A DNA stretch of 64,000 nt from Leptogorgia sarmentosa (lineage: Eukaryota), in NCBI GenBank assembly GCA_964658305.1, contig OZ210885.1, forward strand, positions 21,328,001-21,392,000, in the 5' to 3' direction. This document shows, one piece after another, positions 1 to 12,575 of this stretch; position 1 is the stretch's first letter, and each line of letters begins with the position of its first letter. Made by a program: the position numbers and the translations under genes. The notes under the pieces were generated by a model that did not search any database, had not been told where the DNA came from, and was given only the letters and a program-made list of their open reading frames with translations.

Positions 1-1365
1 TAAGTTTATCAAGCGTGAATCTGACAGCTGCATCAATTTCATTAAGCTTCTCTAAGGTTTGCAAGGACTCCACATTGAACAGCCAGGTGTCATAGAACTC
101 ATGTATTCTACCTACATCTCTTTCTTTGATCTGGGGTAGCTCAAGAATATTCTTAACATAGGCATTGACTACCTCATAGATAGAGCCTTTTCATAACCCG
201 CATCGGTAAACGGCAGCCCATGAATAAACTTTCTAACTTTCAGCTCGACAAGTTCCTTAAGTAGGAAAACTTGGTCACAGCAGGTGCCTCAGCTTTGTGA
301 ATCTGCGCCTCGAATTGTCTCCAAAATAGCACCCAATCTTGAGGTGTCCCTAAGAACTTAGATATAACTAACTTTGGCATTCTTGCGAAAGTGTTGATTC
401 GGATACTGACTGCTTATTCTTGGCCAACTGTTGCTGGTGTTCCAGATTTAGCTTTCTCTTCTCTTGCTAATAAGCTAAAGTTTCTGTATGTAATCTCTCA
501 GTTGCTTCTTGCTCCTGTCGTAGCTTTTCTTTTGTTAGTAGCTTTTGATATTCTAGCTTTTGCATCAACTCCAAACGATTTATTCTGTCTTTTCCTCCAG
601 CCACCATTTCTTCAAGCTTTTTGTCTATCCGCTTCCGCCAAATTTGTCCCAATTTCAGCGCTCCATTCGTGCATGGTTTCTTCACTCTCACCTTTAGCAA
701 ATTTTCTCTCTTCGACTGCTTCTTATAACGTATTAAACCAGCGGTAGTGTTATCTATCGATGCCTTGTGTTGCGTTATTTCTCAATTAATTTGTTGGTTT
801 TTGCTAGTCTAAAGTTCAATATTTTTGTTTTACTGCTCAGCTCAGCGATCGATTTTTCCATACTGTATTTTCGCACTATTTCGCTTTAAATCGCGTAAAT
901 AAACTCACACAATTGTTCCAGGTAAACTCTCGTCGCGTCGGAGGTGCCAGGTGTCGAAAACAAAGAACTGTTTTCTGTTGAAATGCAAATAATCTCACTC
1001 GCAAAGGATTTTATGGATTGTATTTCCCAAAAACGTGTTTACAGAACGAGTACAGATTGTATCTGATCTCAATACTTGTATGGACTAATGGTCTTTACTG
1101 ATCTCAATTATAGTCTATAGTGAGAACCGTAATGTTTTTACCGTGTGTTAATTTTGGTGCGGTTTTTTTCCTTTTCCAGTGGTGAGGAGGCGTTGCCCCA
1201 AATTGAATTAATAATTAGAGGACTGAGATCGAGGTACGAGCCAATCAGAGTGCTGTATTAGAGTGTTTTTGCATTGATAAATAGCTTTGTTAATTTAAAA
1301 TTCACAAGTTTAGAACTTCGTAGGTTTACAGCAAAAACTGTGGTGCAATGCAGGAACTCACCACA
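1..1365 (-). mobile_element. 5' part of a Bel/Pao LTR retrotransposon (LTR, PBS, degraded DUF1759-type gag); continues off the window start
   Basis: Minus-strand translation of about 1-385 gives PKLVISKFLGTPQDWVLFWRQFEAQIH...TKFSYLKELV...GLPFTDAGYEKA...LDKL with frameshifts, typical of Bel/Pao gag. The coiled-coil ORF 467-700 lies upstream. Confidence 0.8.
952..1365 (-). repeat. Probable 5' LTR (TGT...ACA) followed by a primer-binding site at 932-949
   Basis: Minus strand runs TGTGG...CGACA, then 2 nt, then TGGCACCTCCGACGCGA, which resembles a degenerate tRNA-Trp PBS (TGGTGACCCCGACGTGA). Confidence 0.6.
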
Positions 1366-2858
1366 TGTTATGTAAGAAAGTCATTTTGATTTGCTGTTCA
1401 ACAAGACGGTTCTCATGGTCCATTATTACGGTTAACAGCATTTGAGAATATCATAAATGATATGTTATCGCAGTTACCAATAGAGTTATCGCTTGTATCT
1501 GATAGTGCAGAGGAAATATATATGGAACTTTTTCAGATGAAAAACTTTAGTGTGCAATACAATTCAAATTCATTGATTGTAAAAAAATTGTCGTACAATA
1601 ATTGAACCGATTGTGTAATCGGTTTAACATACGTTGCGTCTAAATTAGTTGACTTGTGTGCTTTAATAACTTTGAATTAAGGTTGTGTAAAATCGCTGCA
1701 TTAAATGTATTACATATGCTTAATGAATGTTTTGCTTTTGTTGCTTAACAACCGAATTCGAAAATATTCATGATAATTAATGTTTGGGTTACTGTGTGTG
1801 GGTGGTCATCACTGATCTCAAAATTATGGCGGACTATCATGAAGAGCCGAACTTTTTACAGCTTTTGGTCCCTTGGAAAGGCGAAAACAAAGATCTACGC
1901 TGTAAGACTTGAAAAGCCTTCTCAGAAGATATAAAACGCTGAGAAAGGAGAAGAAACGACTACGGATTGAAACATGAGTTTGTCAATATATTGTCGGCAG
2001 TGAACTTTTGTTTTGCGTATTTACTATCCACAGTCTAGTATTTGTATGAAAGCTCGCTGCAGCGCATTTAATCTATTCACGGCTCAATTCCAGAGTATAA
2101 GTTTATCTTTTTATAATTAAATGCAAGACTTCACAAAATATTTACAAACTTTACTCAAAAGAACACGAGCGAACACTGGAGTGTGGCTGGAAATTGTTTC
2201 ATATCAAAGACTGACTTGAATATTTAAAACGTTGTATGCAAATAAATGTAGCATTTCACACCAAGTTCAAGTTTATATTAGTCATAATAACGTACGGGTA
2301 ACAAATGGTTCTCCAAAGTAAAAAAAAGATGCCAATAAAAGCAAGAAAAAAGCTGATATTTTGACTGTTTTCAAAAAATACAGGAATGTGAATTTCCGAT
2401 CGTGTTGCCATGACAACCTCAGGCAGCTTTGAAGTACTTCATGTTACAAAAATATAGTTGCATTTTTTGGTAAGTAAGGTGAGGGGTTGCTGCATATGTG
2501 TATTTCTAGTAAACTTTATAAACTTAAACTTTATTAGAGGATTACACAAATTACTGGTAAACCCGTATTTTACATTGTGGTCCAAGATTATAAGGAAAAT
2601 AATTACTTACTGTACATATGTATTAATTAATTAATTAATTAATTAAAATGTCTGTGTGACCTGAAAATGGTCACAATGTTCGTTCTTGGAAAGTACATTA
2701 TTTACTAAATGTTTTTTAAAATGACCTAACCCACTAAGGTTTATACTTTCCGTATCAAGCACATTCCAAAGACGAGCAAGCGCTAACATAGAAGCAGCGA
2801 AGTCCAGTTCTAGTGCGGCATTTCGGCAAAACTAATTTATTATTTGTGGATGGAAAAA

Positions 2859-3182
2859 AATTTAAAATTAAACGAGACTAACCTGTAAGTTGAAGTTTGA
2901 TTGTAATTCTGTCTTGTCATCAGCCAGGAACGAAGGAGTCACATGAGATGCGCGCGCATGCTCTACCAATCAGTCATTTAAAGTGGAGTTCGAGCAGGAA
3001 TCATACAGGAACGAAGGAGTGCACGTAGGGAATATGGGAGGGATGATACGGGCATGTGACTCCTTCGTTCCTGGCTGATGACAAGACAGAATTACAATCA
3101 AACTTCAACTTACAGGTAAGTCTCGTTCAATTTTAAATTCTATCTTGTCATCAGCCTACGTCACTACAGAGTCACATGAGAT
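2859..3182. repeat. DIRS right ITR (2859-2974) and internal complementary region (3052-3182)
   Basis: 3052-3139 is the reverse complement of about 2859-2945, 3137-3182 of 7555-7601, and 2937-2974 of 7530-7568. Confidence 0.95.
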
Positions 3183-3358
3183 TTTAAAGTCCTGCTCGAA
3201 CGAGCAAATATCACAAAAAGAAAAACTTTATTTGTTTAACAAAAAAGGAAGGCAATGTATTTAAATTATATTATATTATATTATACAAGTTAGCATGTTA
3301 ACTAGAACAATATCATGCAAGAAAAAAAAATTTAGTTTATTTAATACTATGATGAGGT

Positions 3359-4471
3359 TCATTTACTAAGAACAATATTACCAAAATTCATCTGCTGAAC
3401 TGGTATCAAGTAGAATCTTTTAAAAGTTGTGTCCGAAGACCACCCAGCACATTTCATAATCTCTTGTAAAGGAATCCCTTTGGCGTTTGCAGACGTAGTT
3501 GAAGCTGCTCGGCTACTATGTGCAGAATACTTTGATACATCTATACCTGCTTGCTGAAGAACTGTTTTTACCCATCTTGCAATGGTGGCTTTTGACACAG
3601 GAGCATTAGGTTTAATAAAACTTAATAGTAGTTGTGTGTTATCGCCTCTTAGGTCCTTAGTCCTTGCAAGATATAAACGGAGATGTTCAACTACACATAA
3701 CTTTTTGTCTTGTGGAAACTGCAGCAGCTCCAAAGATTGTAAATGATGTCCAGGCCTTGTTTGCTTAACCTTTTGATGGAATGTAATTCGATACCCATCC
3801 ACAATTTCTTGAATGTCATTTACATCTATCAATTGGATAGTCTGACATCTTTGTGCAGTAAGTAAACACAGAAGCATGGTAAGTTTAAGTGTGAGTTCCT
3901 TTAGGGATAGTTCTTCACCAGGTTTGTATGACTGCAAATGATCTAAGACAATCTGGACATCCCAAATTTCAGGGTATCTTGGTAAGGCCGGTTTTAGCTC
4001 AAATATTCCTTTGAGAAAACGAGTAACAAGAGGATGTTCTCCAAATTTACGCCCCTCGTACATTGGAAGGATTGATGACAAAGCAGACCTAGCAGTATTA
4101 ATGGAACTGTAACCCAATTCAGCATCAAACAATGTCGTTAAAAACTCTATACCCTGCTCAATTGAAGGATTCAATGGGTCAATATGGTGTTCCATACAGT
4201 ACTGATTCCATTTCAAAAAATGTGTTTGGTACTGTTTTAAGGTACCAGTTCGCCATGAAGCCATCAAAATGTTTTGTGCTGAACTTGAAAAACTATGTTT
4301 ATTTAACTTCTGCCTGATAAATGACACACAAGAAGGGACAATTTCGCTTGCAGAGGGTGTATTTTGTTTGGTTTTGGTGGGAGGATTAATAGGTTCTTTT
4401 GTGGTTTTAGATAAACTGGTGGTTGGACCTGCATTTGCATTGCCTTTGCAAACCAATTTTGTGTGGGCCAA
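3359..4471 (-). CDS. DIRS tyrosine recombinase
   Basis: LLTAQRCQ (Arg), HSSRAA (HxxR) and AGWSSDTTFKRFY (Trp/Tyr) catalytic motifs; N-terminal SWRTGTLKQY...SINTARSALS region. Confidence 0.93.
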   Translation of the reverse strand: MAHTKLVCKGNANAGPTTSLSKTTKEPINPPTKTKQNTPSASEIVPSCVSFIRQKLNKHSFSSSAQNILMASWRTGTLKQYQTHFLKWNQYCMEHHIDPLNPSIEQGIEFLTTLFDAELGYSSINTARSALSSILPMYEGRKFGEHPLVTRFLKGIFELKPALPRYPEIWDVQIVLDHLQSYKPGEELSLKELTLKLTMLLCLLTAQRCQTIQLIDVNDIQEIVDGYRITFHQKVKQTRPGHHLQSLELLQFPQDKKLCVVEHLRLYLARTKDLRGDNTQLLLSFIKPNAPVSKATIARWVKTVLQQAGIDVSKYSAHSSRAASTTSANAKGIPLQEIMKCAGWSSDTTFKRFYLIPVQQMNFGNIVLSK

Positions 4472-5153
4472 TTTGGCAACACAACAATCCCTTCTGCTTT
4501 CTCCTGATAAATTTTGCTTAACACTTTGGATACCACACTAAATGGAGGAAAGGCATCAAATTTTAACTCGGTCCATTGTATGGTAAAAGCATCAATGGCA
4601 ACAGCATTTGGGTCAGGTCGGTAAGATACATATTGAGGGAATTGATAATTTACCCGGGAACTAAACAAATCAATTTGAGGTACATATTTTAACTGACGTA
4701 GTGCATTATTTAATATATCTTTATCTAACATCCATTCCAAAGAATGGTCTGTTGCTCGAGATTCTCTATCTGCAGTCTCGTTGTCCTTCCCAGGTAAATA
4801 AGCAGCGCTTAACCAAATATTCTTAGTAATACACCACTCCCAGATAGTTTTACAAATCTCATTGCAGTGAACCGAATAACTAGAACCCATGTGATTAATG
4901 ATATTTACTCCTGTGGTATTGTCTAACCTTATGCGGATATGTATATGCTCGTCATCTTTAGCAAATGTTTTCAAACCCAGAAATGCTGAAAACATTTCCA
5001 GATAATTAATGTGATATTCAGCCTCCCTAGTTGTCCATGCCCCCCCCCTGTAGATATACCATTACACTCAGCTCCACAGCCTGACAAGGATGCATCAGTT
5101 GTTATAAGTTTGACTGGCAGTTCATGGGAGACTACATTATATGCAGATACCAC
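4303..5153 (-). pseudogene. DIRS RNase H plus Dam-like adenine methyltransferase domain (frameshifted)
   Basis: RNase H motifs TDASLSG, DNTT and YLPGKDNETADRESR; methyltransferase motifs IDLFSSRVN, IDAF, FPPF and PNWPTQNWF. Confidence 0.88.
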
Positions 5154-5171
5154 GTTTTGAAACCACCATAT

Positions 5172-6181
5172 TTATTCTGATCTAGCACCTTGTGATAAAG
5201 TCATGGTGGCATCAAAATTTCCTCTTTGTTGTCTCAGTGCTATGGTTTTATCATTGTCAAGCTTTCTATAGTAAAGAGGACCATGCATTATACCAGGGAA
5301 ACTAGACACTAACTTTCCAATTATCTGGGCCACCCTACGAATTGTAGGTGACTTAAGATTTAAAAGCGCCTGGCAATCTTGTTTCAATTTAGTTGCCTTC
5401 TCATTAGTCAATTTTATAGTCATTGATCTGGAATCCAGTACAAAACCCAAAATAGTTAGGGTCTGTGATGGAACGAGATTACATTTTTCTGGATGAGCAA
5501 TTAAACCAAGCTTAGCAAACAACTGAGTAGTATCTACTATGTTATCTATACATTGCTGGTATGTTTGGCCTTATATATGTGTCCAAGTGAAATATGACCT
5601 AATTGATGCAGGTAGGACAAGGGCACTTTCAGTATTTTTGTAAACTTTCGAGGTGCTAATGAAAGACCATTAGGGAGACATGTATAGTGGTACAAATGTC
5701 CATTCCATTCAAAGCATAGATAGTTCCTATCAGATGTGTTTATTGCAAATGAGTAATAAGCATCCTTTATATCAAGTGATGCCATAAAACAATTCTTCTC
5801 CATGAGAGTTATAACTGAAGTAAGAGAATCCATTTTAAAGTGGTGATATTCTACTACATCATTAAACTGTTTAAGATTTAGAATAAGTCTATAAGAGCCA
5901 TCCTTCTTCGGATGAAGAAAGACTCCCGAAATTATTTGACCTTGGTCTGGGGTGGTCATTCTAATGACACCTTTATTTTGTAAAGCAAGTATTTCTTGTT
6001 CGAGAAGTCTGACATCTGTTACTTTGGAGTTAAATAATGCATGTTGAACAGGAGTTTCACTGCACTCAATTCTAATACCTCTGATGTCAACAAGCATTTG
6101 TCTGTCACTAGTTAATTTTGACCATTCAGACCATTGTTGGGATGCTTGCCCTCCAACAAATAATTCACACCAAGAATGCAA
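5172..6181 (-). pseudogene. DIRS reverse transcriptase (disrupted; YxDD segment appears lost near 5560-5580)
   Basis: PKKDGSYRLILNLK, HFKMD, LDIKDAYY, CLPNGLSLAPRKFTK, LGFVLDS. Confidence 0.92.
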
Positions 6182-6249
6182 GAGTTTGGTTAACTCGGGA
6201 ATAAAGGAATGAAATGCACTTACATTTTTCTTAACTGTTTCAAGACCGG

Positions 6250-7337
6250 CTATGATCTTGGCTTGGATGCCGGTGGCTGTTTCTTCCGTGGTTTGTAGGG
6301 GTAGCCTTTGGAGAAAAAATCACGCCGACCCCTTGAACTTATGTTGTTGTACTGCCCCTTTGGGTAATTAGATCTCTTGTATTCATATGGCTTCCATGAT
6401 GAATTGTTAAATCGTTTACGTGATGGAGTTGCTAGGGAATGGCTAATTGAACCCATTTCTTTTGCCTCCTTCAATTGTTTTTGGAGATCAGAACCAAAGA
6501 GTGATGGGTCATTGGGTATGTCCTTGCTGCAGATGGCGGCAAATTCACGCTTCAACACGGGTCGGATCTGTTCCCGTCGCATACGTGATAACTCATGGCA
6601 CATGTGGCCGAGCATAGCAGTAGAATCGACAGATCTGGAAGCCAGGTTCTTGTTGGCTTCATCCTTTGTTTGTGGTAGTAATTCGTTTACGATCTGAAGT
6701 ATGGCTACAGCGACCTTGCGAGCAGTTTGCTGCATATTTGACAACTGCAGATCAGTCTTACGACGAGCAGCGTTCAATTGTTCCCAAATCTCTGGGTTTA
6801 CCCTGACAGCATACAATGCTGAGCAATTCTCCGGTATGGGATAACGCTCGGTGAGCGATTTGATTTTTTCGGGGGCTAGTTGTTTTCCCCATCGTTTGCT
6901 TGCAATTCCGGCCAACTGCTTATTGACCGGTGGTCCAGCAGTCTCATTTTTTTCCAACATCTCAGCTAATTCGGTTAGGAGTTCTTGGTCCTTTGAACTT
7001 GCTGGATTGTCCTTACTCGTGGCGGTGCCAGTAAGCTTTTGTAGGTCGCTTTCATCGTCGCTGGGATGAACGCTAATTTCCGCTTCGTCGACTCGTCTAC
7101 GTTTTGGTGGCCTATCATCTTCATCCATAGACAATTCGTCATGGCGTTCGCTATCAATGGGAGTTTTGAGCATAAAGTTGAAAGCAAAGTAGCCATTTGA
7201 CCCATGTTCTCCCGAATATTCAAAAGCACCTCGGCTTGCAAGTCCTCGTTTCGAGTTACTGAGCTTGAAGCCGTATCACAGGTCGGTAGCCCAACCGCAT
7301 GGTTGTCCACACTGTTATTTGTCGTTGAATTATCCAT
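6250..7337 (-). pseudogene. DIRS gag-like ORF1 (frameshift between ORFs 6975-7337 and 6250-7173)
   Basis: YPIPENC...VNPEIW...DLQL..MQ...ELSRMRREQIRP...LFGSDL, typical of DIRS ORF1, located next to the left ITR. Confidence 0.85.
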
Positions 7338-7601
7338 GTTATAAACAATATTGAAGCTATCTGAAATACCAAAAATATCTTATATGAAATATACTTACCA
7401 TTCCATATATAAATGAGAATCAACCAGTGAAGAATAGCAGAGGATTGAAAAGGATTGTGATCGTAGAAAGTTTTAGATTTTACACAGTGTAAGATCTTAC
7501 CTTGTTGACTGTTTGGCAAACACGCTAGCACTGATTGGTAGAGCATGCGCGTGCATCTCATGTGACTCTGTAGTGACGTAGGCTGATGACAAGATAGAAT
7601 T

Positions 7602-7855
7602 GTCAATAAAGCACGAGGACAAACTCCAATTAACAGTCTGTCTACAGCTTATGTATCATTTGGCAGGAACACAAATTGCAAAATGTTACCAGTACTCCAA
7701 AATGCTAAGAAGAGAATAAAAGTACAACTAACTGCAATATCTCGTCGTCGATCAAGTATAAAGTCTTCTCTTGCCCAACCTTCAGGTCGTAAACCAAAAT
7801 TAACAAAAGATGAAAAATACACAATGCCCTCCAGGAAACGAAAAAAAGCCAAATA
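7602..7855 (+). pseudogene. Remnant C-terminus of a probable MULE-type transposase interrupted by the DIRS
   Basis: Removing the DIRS restores an open frame GWKKIVNKARGQTPINSLSTAYVSFG...RIKVQLTAISRRR...SGRKPK. Family assignment is from recollection of the IxVQxTAxxRR motif. Confidence 0.4.
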
Positions 7856-7974
7856 GAAAGAGAAATCTTTCAATAAATATAAACCTAAATAAACCAAACG
7901 CTGGACATACACGTTAATTTGAACACTAAAAGCCTGCACGAGTTGCTGTTCTTCCTTTTTTTCAAGATGTGCGT

Positions 7975-8215
7975 GAACATTTCATCATGAAAATGCTCAT
8001 TATTAATGCCATGATGTTGCTGCTTTTGCAACATATTCTACCTTGAACATTTTACTCATTGATGGTGTCATCTGGTGCTGTTGCAAGACATTTTACCTCG
8101 AACATTTAATTCATTACTAATCCGCAGTCCACTCAACTGTCGCTGTTGAAAGATACTTTACCTCGAACATTTTACTCATTATTAATCAGCTCAACTGTCT
8201 CTGTTGGAAGATATC
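7975..8215 (+). repeat. Degenerate tandem repeat of about 55-70 bp (second copy at about 11008-11248)
   Basis: Recurring acct(t/c)gaacatttt/actcatt...gctgttg(c/a)aaga motif. Confidence 0.6.
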
Positions 8216-8279
8216 TATGGTGTCCGAGGAGAGACATTGTGTTTTTCTTATTGAATTTTTTGTTTATTTTGTTTATATA

Positions 8280-9109
8280 CCGGGTGGCGCAAAAAAAAGT
8301 ATAACTGTTTGATTACTTATAACTCAAAAACCATACGTGGTAGTACCCTCAATGGAGTTTCATTGCATCCAGCGATGTCTAACTTAAATTTTGGTATATT
8401 CGACAGGCATTTTCGTCCAAGATTGACTGAGATATGAGAGTTTAAACTTTTGTTAACAATTTTGAAACCTTCACAAATTAGCTAAAAACGGCCTATTAAA
8501 TTGATTTTATAACCGTGTCACTATTTTATCATAAGCAGTGTTTTAACAAACGTAGTTGAAGTGCAAATTTCATCTTCCTTGTAACAGAGATGCTTTCTTG
8601 TTTTTATTTGCTGTTCGGCAACACAAAAATTGAGCTACAAGGCAAGGTTGATTAAAAGTTTTCTTCTAAATTTTAATTCGACGTCCAAAGGGAAGCTGAA
8701 TTCTAAAATGCGAATGTCGCCTCGTATGCTTCTAAGTAATAATTATGCCTCGTTTAACGAAGGACCAAAGAGTTGGCAAGACGCTGCATTCATGCTTGGG
8801 GATATGCATTTCCTAACGAATAGACATTTGTTTTACACGATCCGGAATATGGTACATCTCTTTATATGTCGTTAATGCTGTATTAATATTTAATAGGCCG
8901 TTTTTAGCTAATTTGTGAAGGTTTCAAAATTGTTAGCAAAAGTTTAAACTCTCATATCTCAGTCAATCTTGGACGAAAATGCCTGTCGAATATACCAAAA
9001 TTTAAGTTAGACATCGCTAGATGCAACGAAACTCCATTTAGGGTTCTACCGCGTATGGTTTTTGAGTTATAAGTAATCAAACAGTTATACTTTTTTTTGC
9101 GCCACCCGG
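8280..9109. mobile_element. Tc1/mariner-type MITE, copy 1
   Basis: About 220-bp TIRs starting CCGGGTGGCGCAAAA; TA target duplication at 8278-8279 and 9110-9111. Confidence 0.92.
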
Positions 9110-9542
9110 TATATTTTTATTTATTCATTTTGATATTTTTATTTTTCATTTTAGATTTAGTTTTTTTCGTTTTGATTTTAAACTTATTTCGTTTCATTTC
9201 AAATTTAATTTTTAAAATGAAAAATTCGCATGTCCGAGAAGAGACACTGGCAAAATAACACTGACAACTTGTACATGATTCGTGGGCGCTTTCGCTTCCC
9301 GCCAAAATATCAAACATGGCTGATGATCAAGCTAAATTCAAGAAATATGAAGCTGAAATGGCTTTAAAAAGACGAAGAAATACAGAGAAGAAGGGCGGAA
9401 ACAAGAACAAAAATAGGCTATTGCCTTCGACTTGCAATACAGCGTTTGTCTGCATAGGTAGAGAGTAGATGTTGCAGACGAAGATTTAAGTAAACCACCA
9501 TCTATTCACATTGTTTGTCGTGCATGTATTACTGGCTTCAAA

Positions 9543-10646
9543 ATGGATGGATTTTCCTGTGACCTTTTAGAAACAGAAAGAGGACCATCTCTCGAATGTC
9601 TTGACGAAGTGAAAAACCTCAATGGTACGATTTTTGTAAGGTTTATTTTCAAAGTACGATCTGGGACACATTCAGGAGAGGCAGAGGACGTGTATGACGA
9701 GTCTGACGACAGTACCAGGGTAGATCAAAGCGAGCCAAGTTTGAGTGCATTGAGCCTTCCTCCATTAGTGAAGGCTGTGAAGCAAGCAGGCCCAAAACCA
9801 AGAAGGGCAAAAGTTCCAAATAGTGGTAGTTCTGACACAACTGGGTATTCCTCCTATCCAGTTTTTATGTCTGTAACATCAATGTTAAAATTGGGAACAG
9901 TTGTTAAATCCCCTAAAAGGGATGATGTTTTTTGGAAAATCGAAAAATTTGATGTTACAAATGGATGGTCAATGGCAAAAAATGCAAGATTTTCTGTTGA
10001 GGATGAGAGATTTGCAGCAGGGGGATTCCGAAAAGCCTATAAATGCGAGAGTGAAGACCAAAACTTTCCTGGCATTTGGGTTCTCAAAACGTACAGCGAC
10101 AAAGCCTTGGAAGATATGCAAACCCTTGGTGTTGAAGAAGACGATCATGCTCGTAAACAAGTACAGATGCACACCGTGGCACAAAACGTTGCAAATCAGA
10201 TGAAGAAATATGTAGATAAAGAGTTTGGTGAGGCGTTTTCATATGATAATATATATTTAGGTGAGATTAAGCCAACCAGCAATGCAAACCAGGGTTTTGT
10301 CACCATTGAAAAGTACATAGAGGGGGAATTAACTAAGTATGTCAACAACAATGGCCATGTCACTGCAGACAAGAAAGATGTCAAAACACAGAAAGGTGAA
10401 GCCTTAGTGCACTATTCTTATCAGTTGAGTAAAGGTCAATTTTTGCTAGTCGATATTCAGGGTACCGATTATAAATTATATGATCCAGAGGTAGCTAGCA
10501 CTGTTCATCATGATGGGGGATTGATTAATTTCTGCATTGGAAATTTGTCCACTCAAGCCATAGTTGGTTTTTTTGAGAAACACATATGTAACACTTATTG
10601 TAAAAAGTTGGGCCTAAAAGAGGATGAGCCCAAATATCATGTTTAA
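9543..10646 (+). CDS. Alpha-kinase (eEF2K/TRPM6-7/MHCK-type catalytic domain), intronless; original start probably ATG 9317 with a 5' lesion
   Basis: FAAGGFRKAYK, WVLKTY, QVQMH, TIEKYIEG..TKYVNNNG, HYSY, LLVDIQG, LYDPE, GNLS, HICNTYC zinc motif. Confidence 0.92.
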   Translation: MDGFSCDLLETERGPSLECLDEVKNLNGTIFVRFIFKVRSGTHSGEAEDVYDESDDSTRVDQSEPSLSALSLPPLVKAVKQAGPKPRRAKVPNSGSSDTTGYSSYPVFMSVTSMLKLGTVVKSPKRDDVFWKIEKFDVTNGWSMAKNARFSVEDERFAAGGFRKAYKCESEDQNFPGIWVLKTYSDKALEDMQTLGVEEDDHARKQVQMHTVAQNVANQMKKYVDKEFGEAFSYDNIYLGEIKPTSNANQGFVTIEKYIEGELTKYVNNNGHVTADKKDVKTQKGEALVHYSYQLSKGQFLLVDIQGTDYKLYDPEVASTVHHDGGLINFCIGNLSTQAIVGFFEKHICNTYCKKLGLKEDEPKYHV

Positions 10647-11312
10647 TGTTAAAAAGGGACAGTATATTTAAAAACTGTTAAAACAGACCCACAAAAACTG
10701 ACATTTAAGTTTCTTATTTACAGTAAACTCCAAAATGCTAAGAAGAGAATAAAAGTACAACTAACTGCAATATCTCGTCGTCGATCAAGTATAAAGTCTT
10801 CTCTTGCCCAACCTTCAGGTCGTAAACCAAAATTAACAAAAGATGAAAAATACACAATGCCCTCCAGGAAACGAAAAAAAGCCAAATAGAAAGAGAAATC
10901 TTTCAATAAATATAAACCTAAATAAACCAAACGCTGGACATACACGTTAATTTGAACACTAAAAGCCTGCACGAGTTGCTGTTCTTCCTTTTTTTCAAGA
11001 TGTGCGTGAACATTTCATCATGAAAATGCTCATTATTAATGCCATGATGTTGCTGCTTTTGCAACATATTCTACCTTGAACATTTTACTCATTGATGGTG
11101 TCATCTGGTGCTGTTGCAAGACATTTTACCTCGAACATTTAATTCATTACTAATCCGCAGTCCACTCAACTGTCGCTGTTGAAAGATACTTTACCTCGAA
11201 CATTTTACTCATTATTAATCAGCTCAACTGTCTCTGTTGGAAGATATCTATGGTGTCCGAGGAGAGACATTGTGTTTTTCTTATTGAATTTTTTGTTTAT
11301 TTTGTTTATATA

Positions 11313-12142
11313 CCGGGTGGCGCAAAAAAAAGTATAACTGTTTGATTACTTATAACTCAAAAACCATACGTGGTAGTACCCTCAATGGAGTTTCATTGCA
11401 TCCAGCGATGTCTAACTTAAATTTTGGTATATTCGACAGGCATTTTCGTCCAAGATTGACTGAGATATGAGAGTTTAAACTTTTGTTAACAATTTTGAAA
11501 CCTTCACAAATTAGCTAAAAACGGCCTATTAAATTGATTTTATAACCGTGTCACTATTTTATCATAAGCAGTGTTTTAACAAACGTAGTTGAAGTGCAAA
11601 TTTCATCTTCCTTGTAACAGAGATGCTTTCTTGTTTTTATTTGCTGTTCGGCAACACAAAAATTGAGCTACAAGGCAAGGTTGATTAAAAGTTTTCTTCT
11701 AAATTTTAATTCGACGTCCAAAGGGAAGCTGAATTCTAAAATGCGAATGTCGCCTCGTATGCTTCTAAGTAATAATTATGCCTCGTTTAACGAAGGACCA
11801 AAGAGTTGGCAAGACGCTGCATTCATGCTTGGGGATATGCATTTCCTAACGAATAGACATTTGTTTTACACGATCCGGAATATGGTACATCTCTTTATAT
11901 GTCGTTAATGCTGTATTAATATTTAATAGGCCGTTTTTAGCTAATTTGTGAAGGTTTCAAAATTGTTAGCAAAAGTTTAAACTCTCATATCTCAGTCAAT
12001 CTTGGACGAAAATGCCTGTCGAATATACCAAAATTTAAGTTAGACATCGCTAGATGCAACGAAACTCCATTTAGGGTTCTACCGCGTATGGTTTTTGAGT
12101 TATAAGTAATCAAACAGTTATACTTTTTTTTGCGCCACCCGG
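11313..12142. mobile_element. Tc1/mariner-type MITE, copy 2
   Basis: Duplicate of 8280-9109 at offset 3033. Confidence 0.92.
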
Positions 12143-12575
12143 TATATTTTTATTTATTCATTTTGATATTTTTATTTTTCATTTTAGATTTAGTTTTTTT
12201 CGTTTTGATTTTAAACTTATTTCGTTTCATTTCAAATTTAATTTTTAAAATGAAAAATTCGCATGTCCGAGAAGAGACACTGGCAAAATAACACTGACAA
12301 CTTGTACATGATTCGTGGGCGCTTTCGCTTCCCGCCAAAATATCAAACATGGCTGATGATCAAGCTAAATTCAAGAAATATGAAGCTGAAATGGCTTTAA
12401 AAAGACGAAGAAATACAGAGAAGAAGGGCGGAAACAAGAACAAAAATAGGCTATTGCCTTCGACTTGCAATACAGCGTTTGTCTGCATAGGTAGAGAGTA
12501 GATGTTGCAGACGAAGATTTAAGTAAACCACCATCTATTCACATTGTTTGTCGTGCATGTATTACTGGCTTCAAA

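Larger units (their letters stand above)
2859..7601 (-). mobile_element. Full-length DIRS1-like tyrosine-recombinase retrotransposon (frameshifted)
   Basis: gag, RT, RNase H, methyltransferase and YR ORFs in DIRS order. Inverted terminal repeats at 7530-7601 and 2859-2974. Internal complementary region at 3052-3182. Confidence 0.95.
8216..10725 (+). mobile_element. Putative IS3EU-like DNA transposon left portion carrying the alpha-kinase (second copy 11249-about 13933)
   Basis: Starts TATGGTGTCCGAGGAGAGACA, followed by a T-rich subterminal array and a second TGTCCGAGAAGAGACA at 9231. A similar end occurs at 60389. No transposase or right end was seen. Confidence 0.45.

Noticed and set aside
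1366..1604. Short frame LRLTAFENII... as an RPA-like OB-fold remnant
   Set aside because: Too short and degraded to call without a profile search.
3359..4471. Phage or bacterial integrase, suggesting contamination or horizontal transfer
   Set aside because: It is the YR of a DIRS element, with RT, gag, ITRs and ICR around it.
7649..9317. Short ORFs 7649-7939, 8630-8875 and 9117-9317, their duplicates, and the many ORFs antisense to transposon genes
   Set aside because: No recognisable motifs; they arise from low-complexity sequence, MITE interiors or shadow frames.
9543..10646. Orthologue of eEF2K, TRPM6/7 or ALPK
   Set aside because: Only the catalytic domain is shared; there are no channel, SEL1 or Ig domains and no introns, so no gene symbol was assigned.
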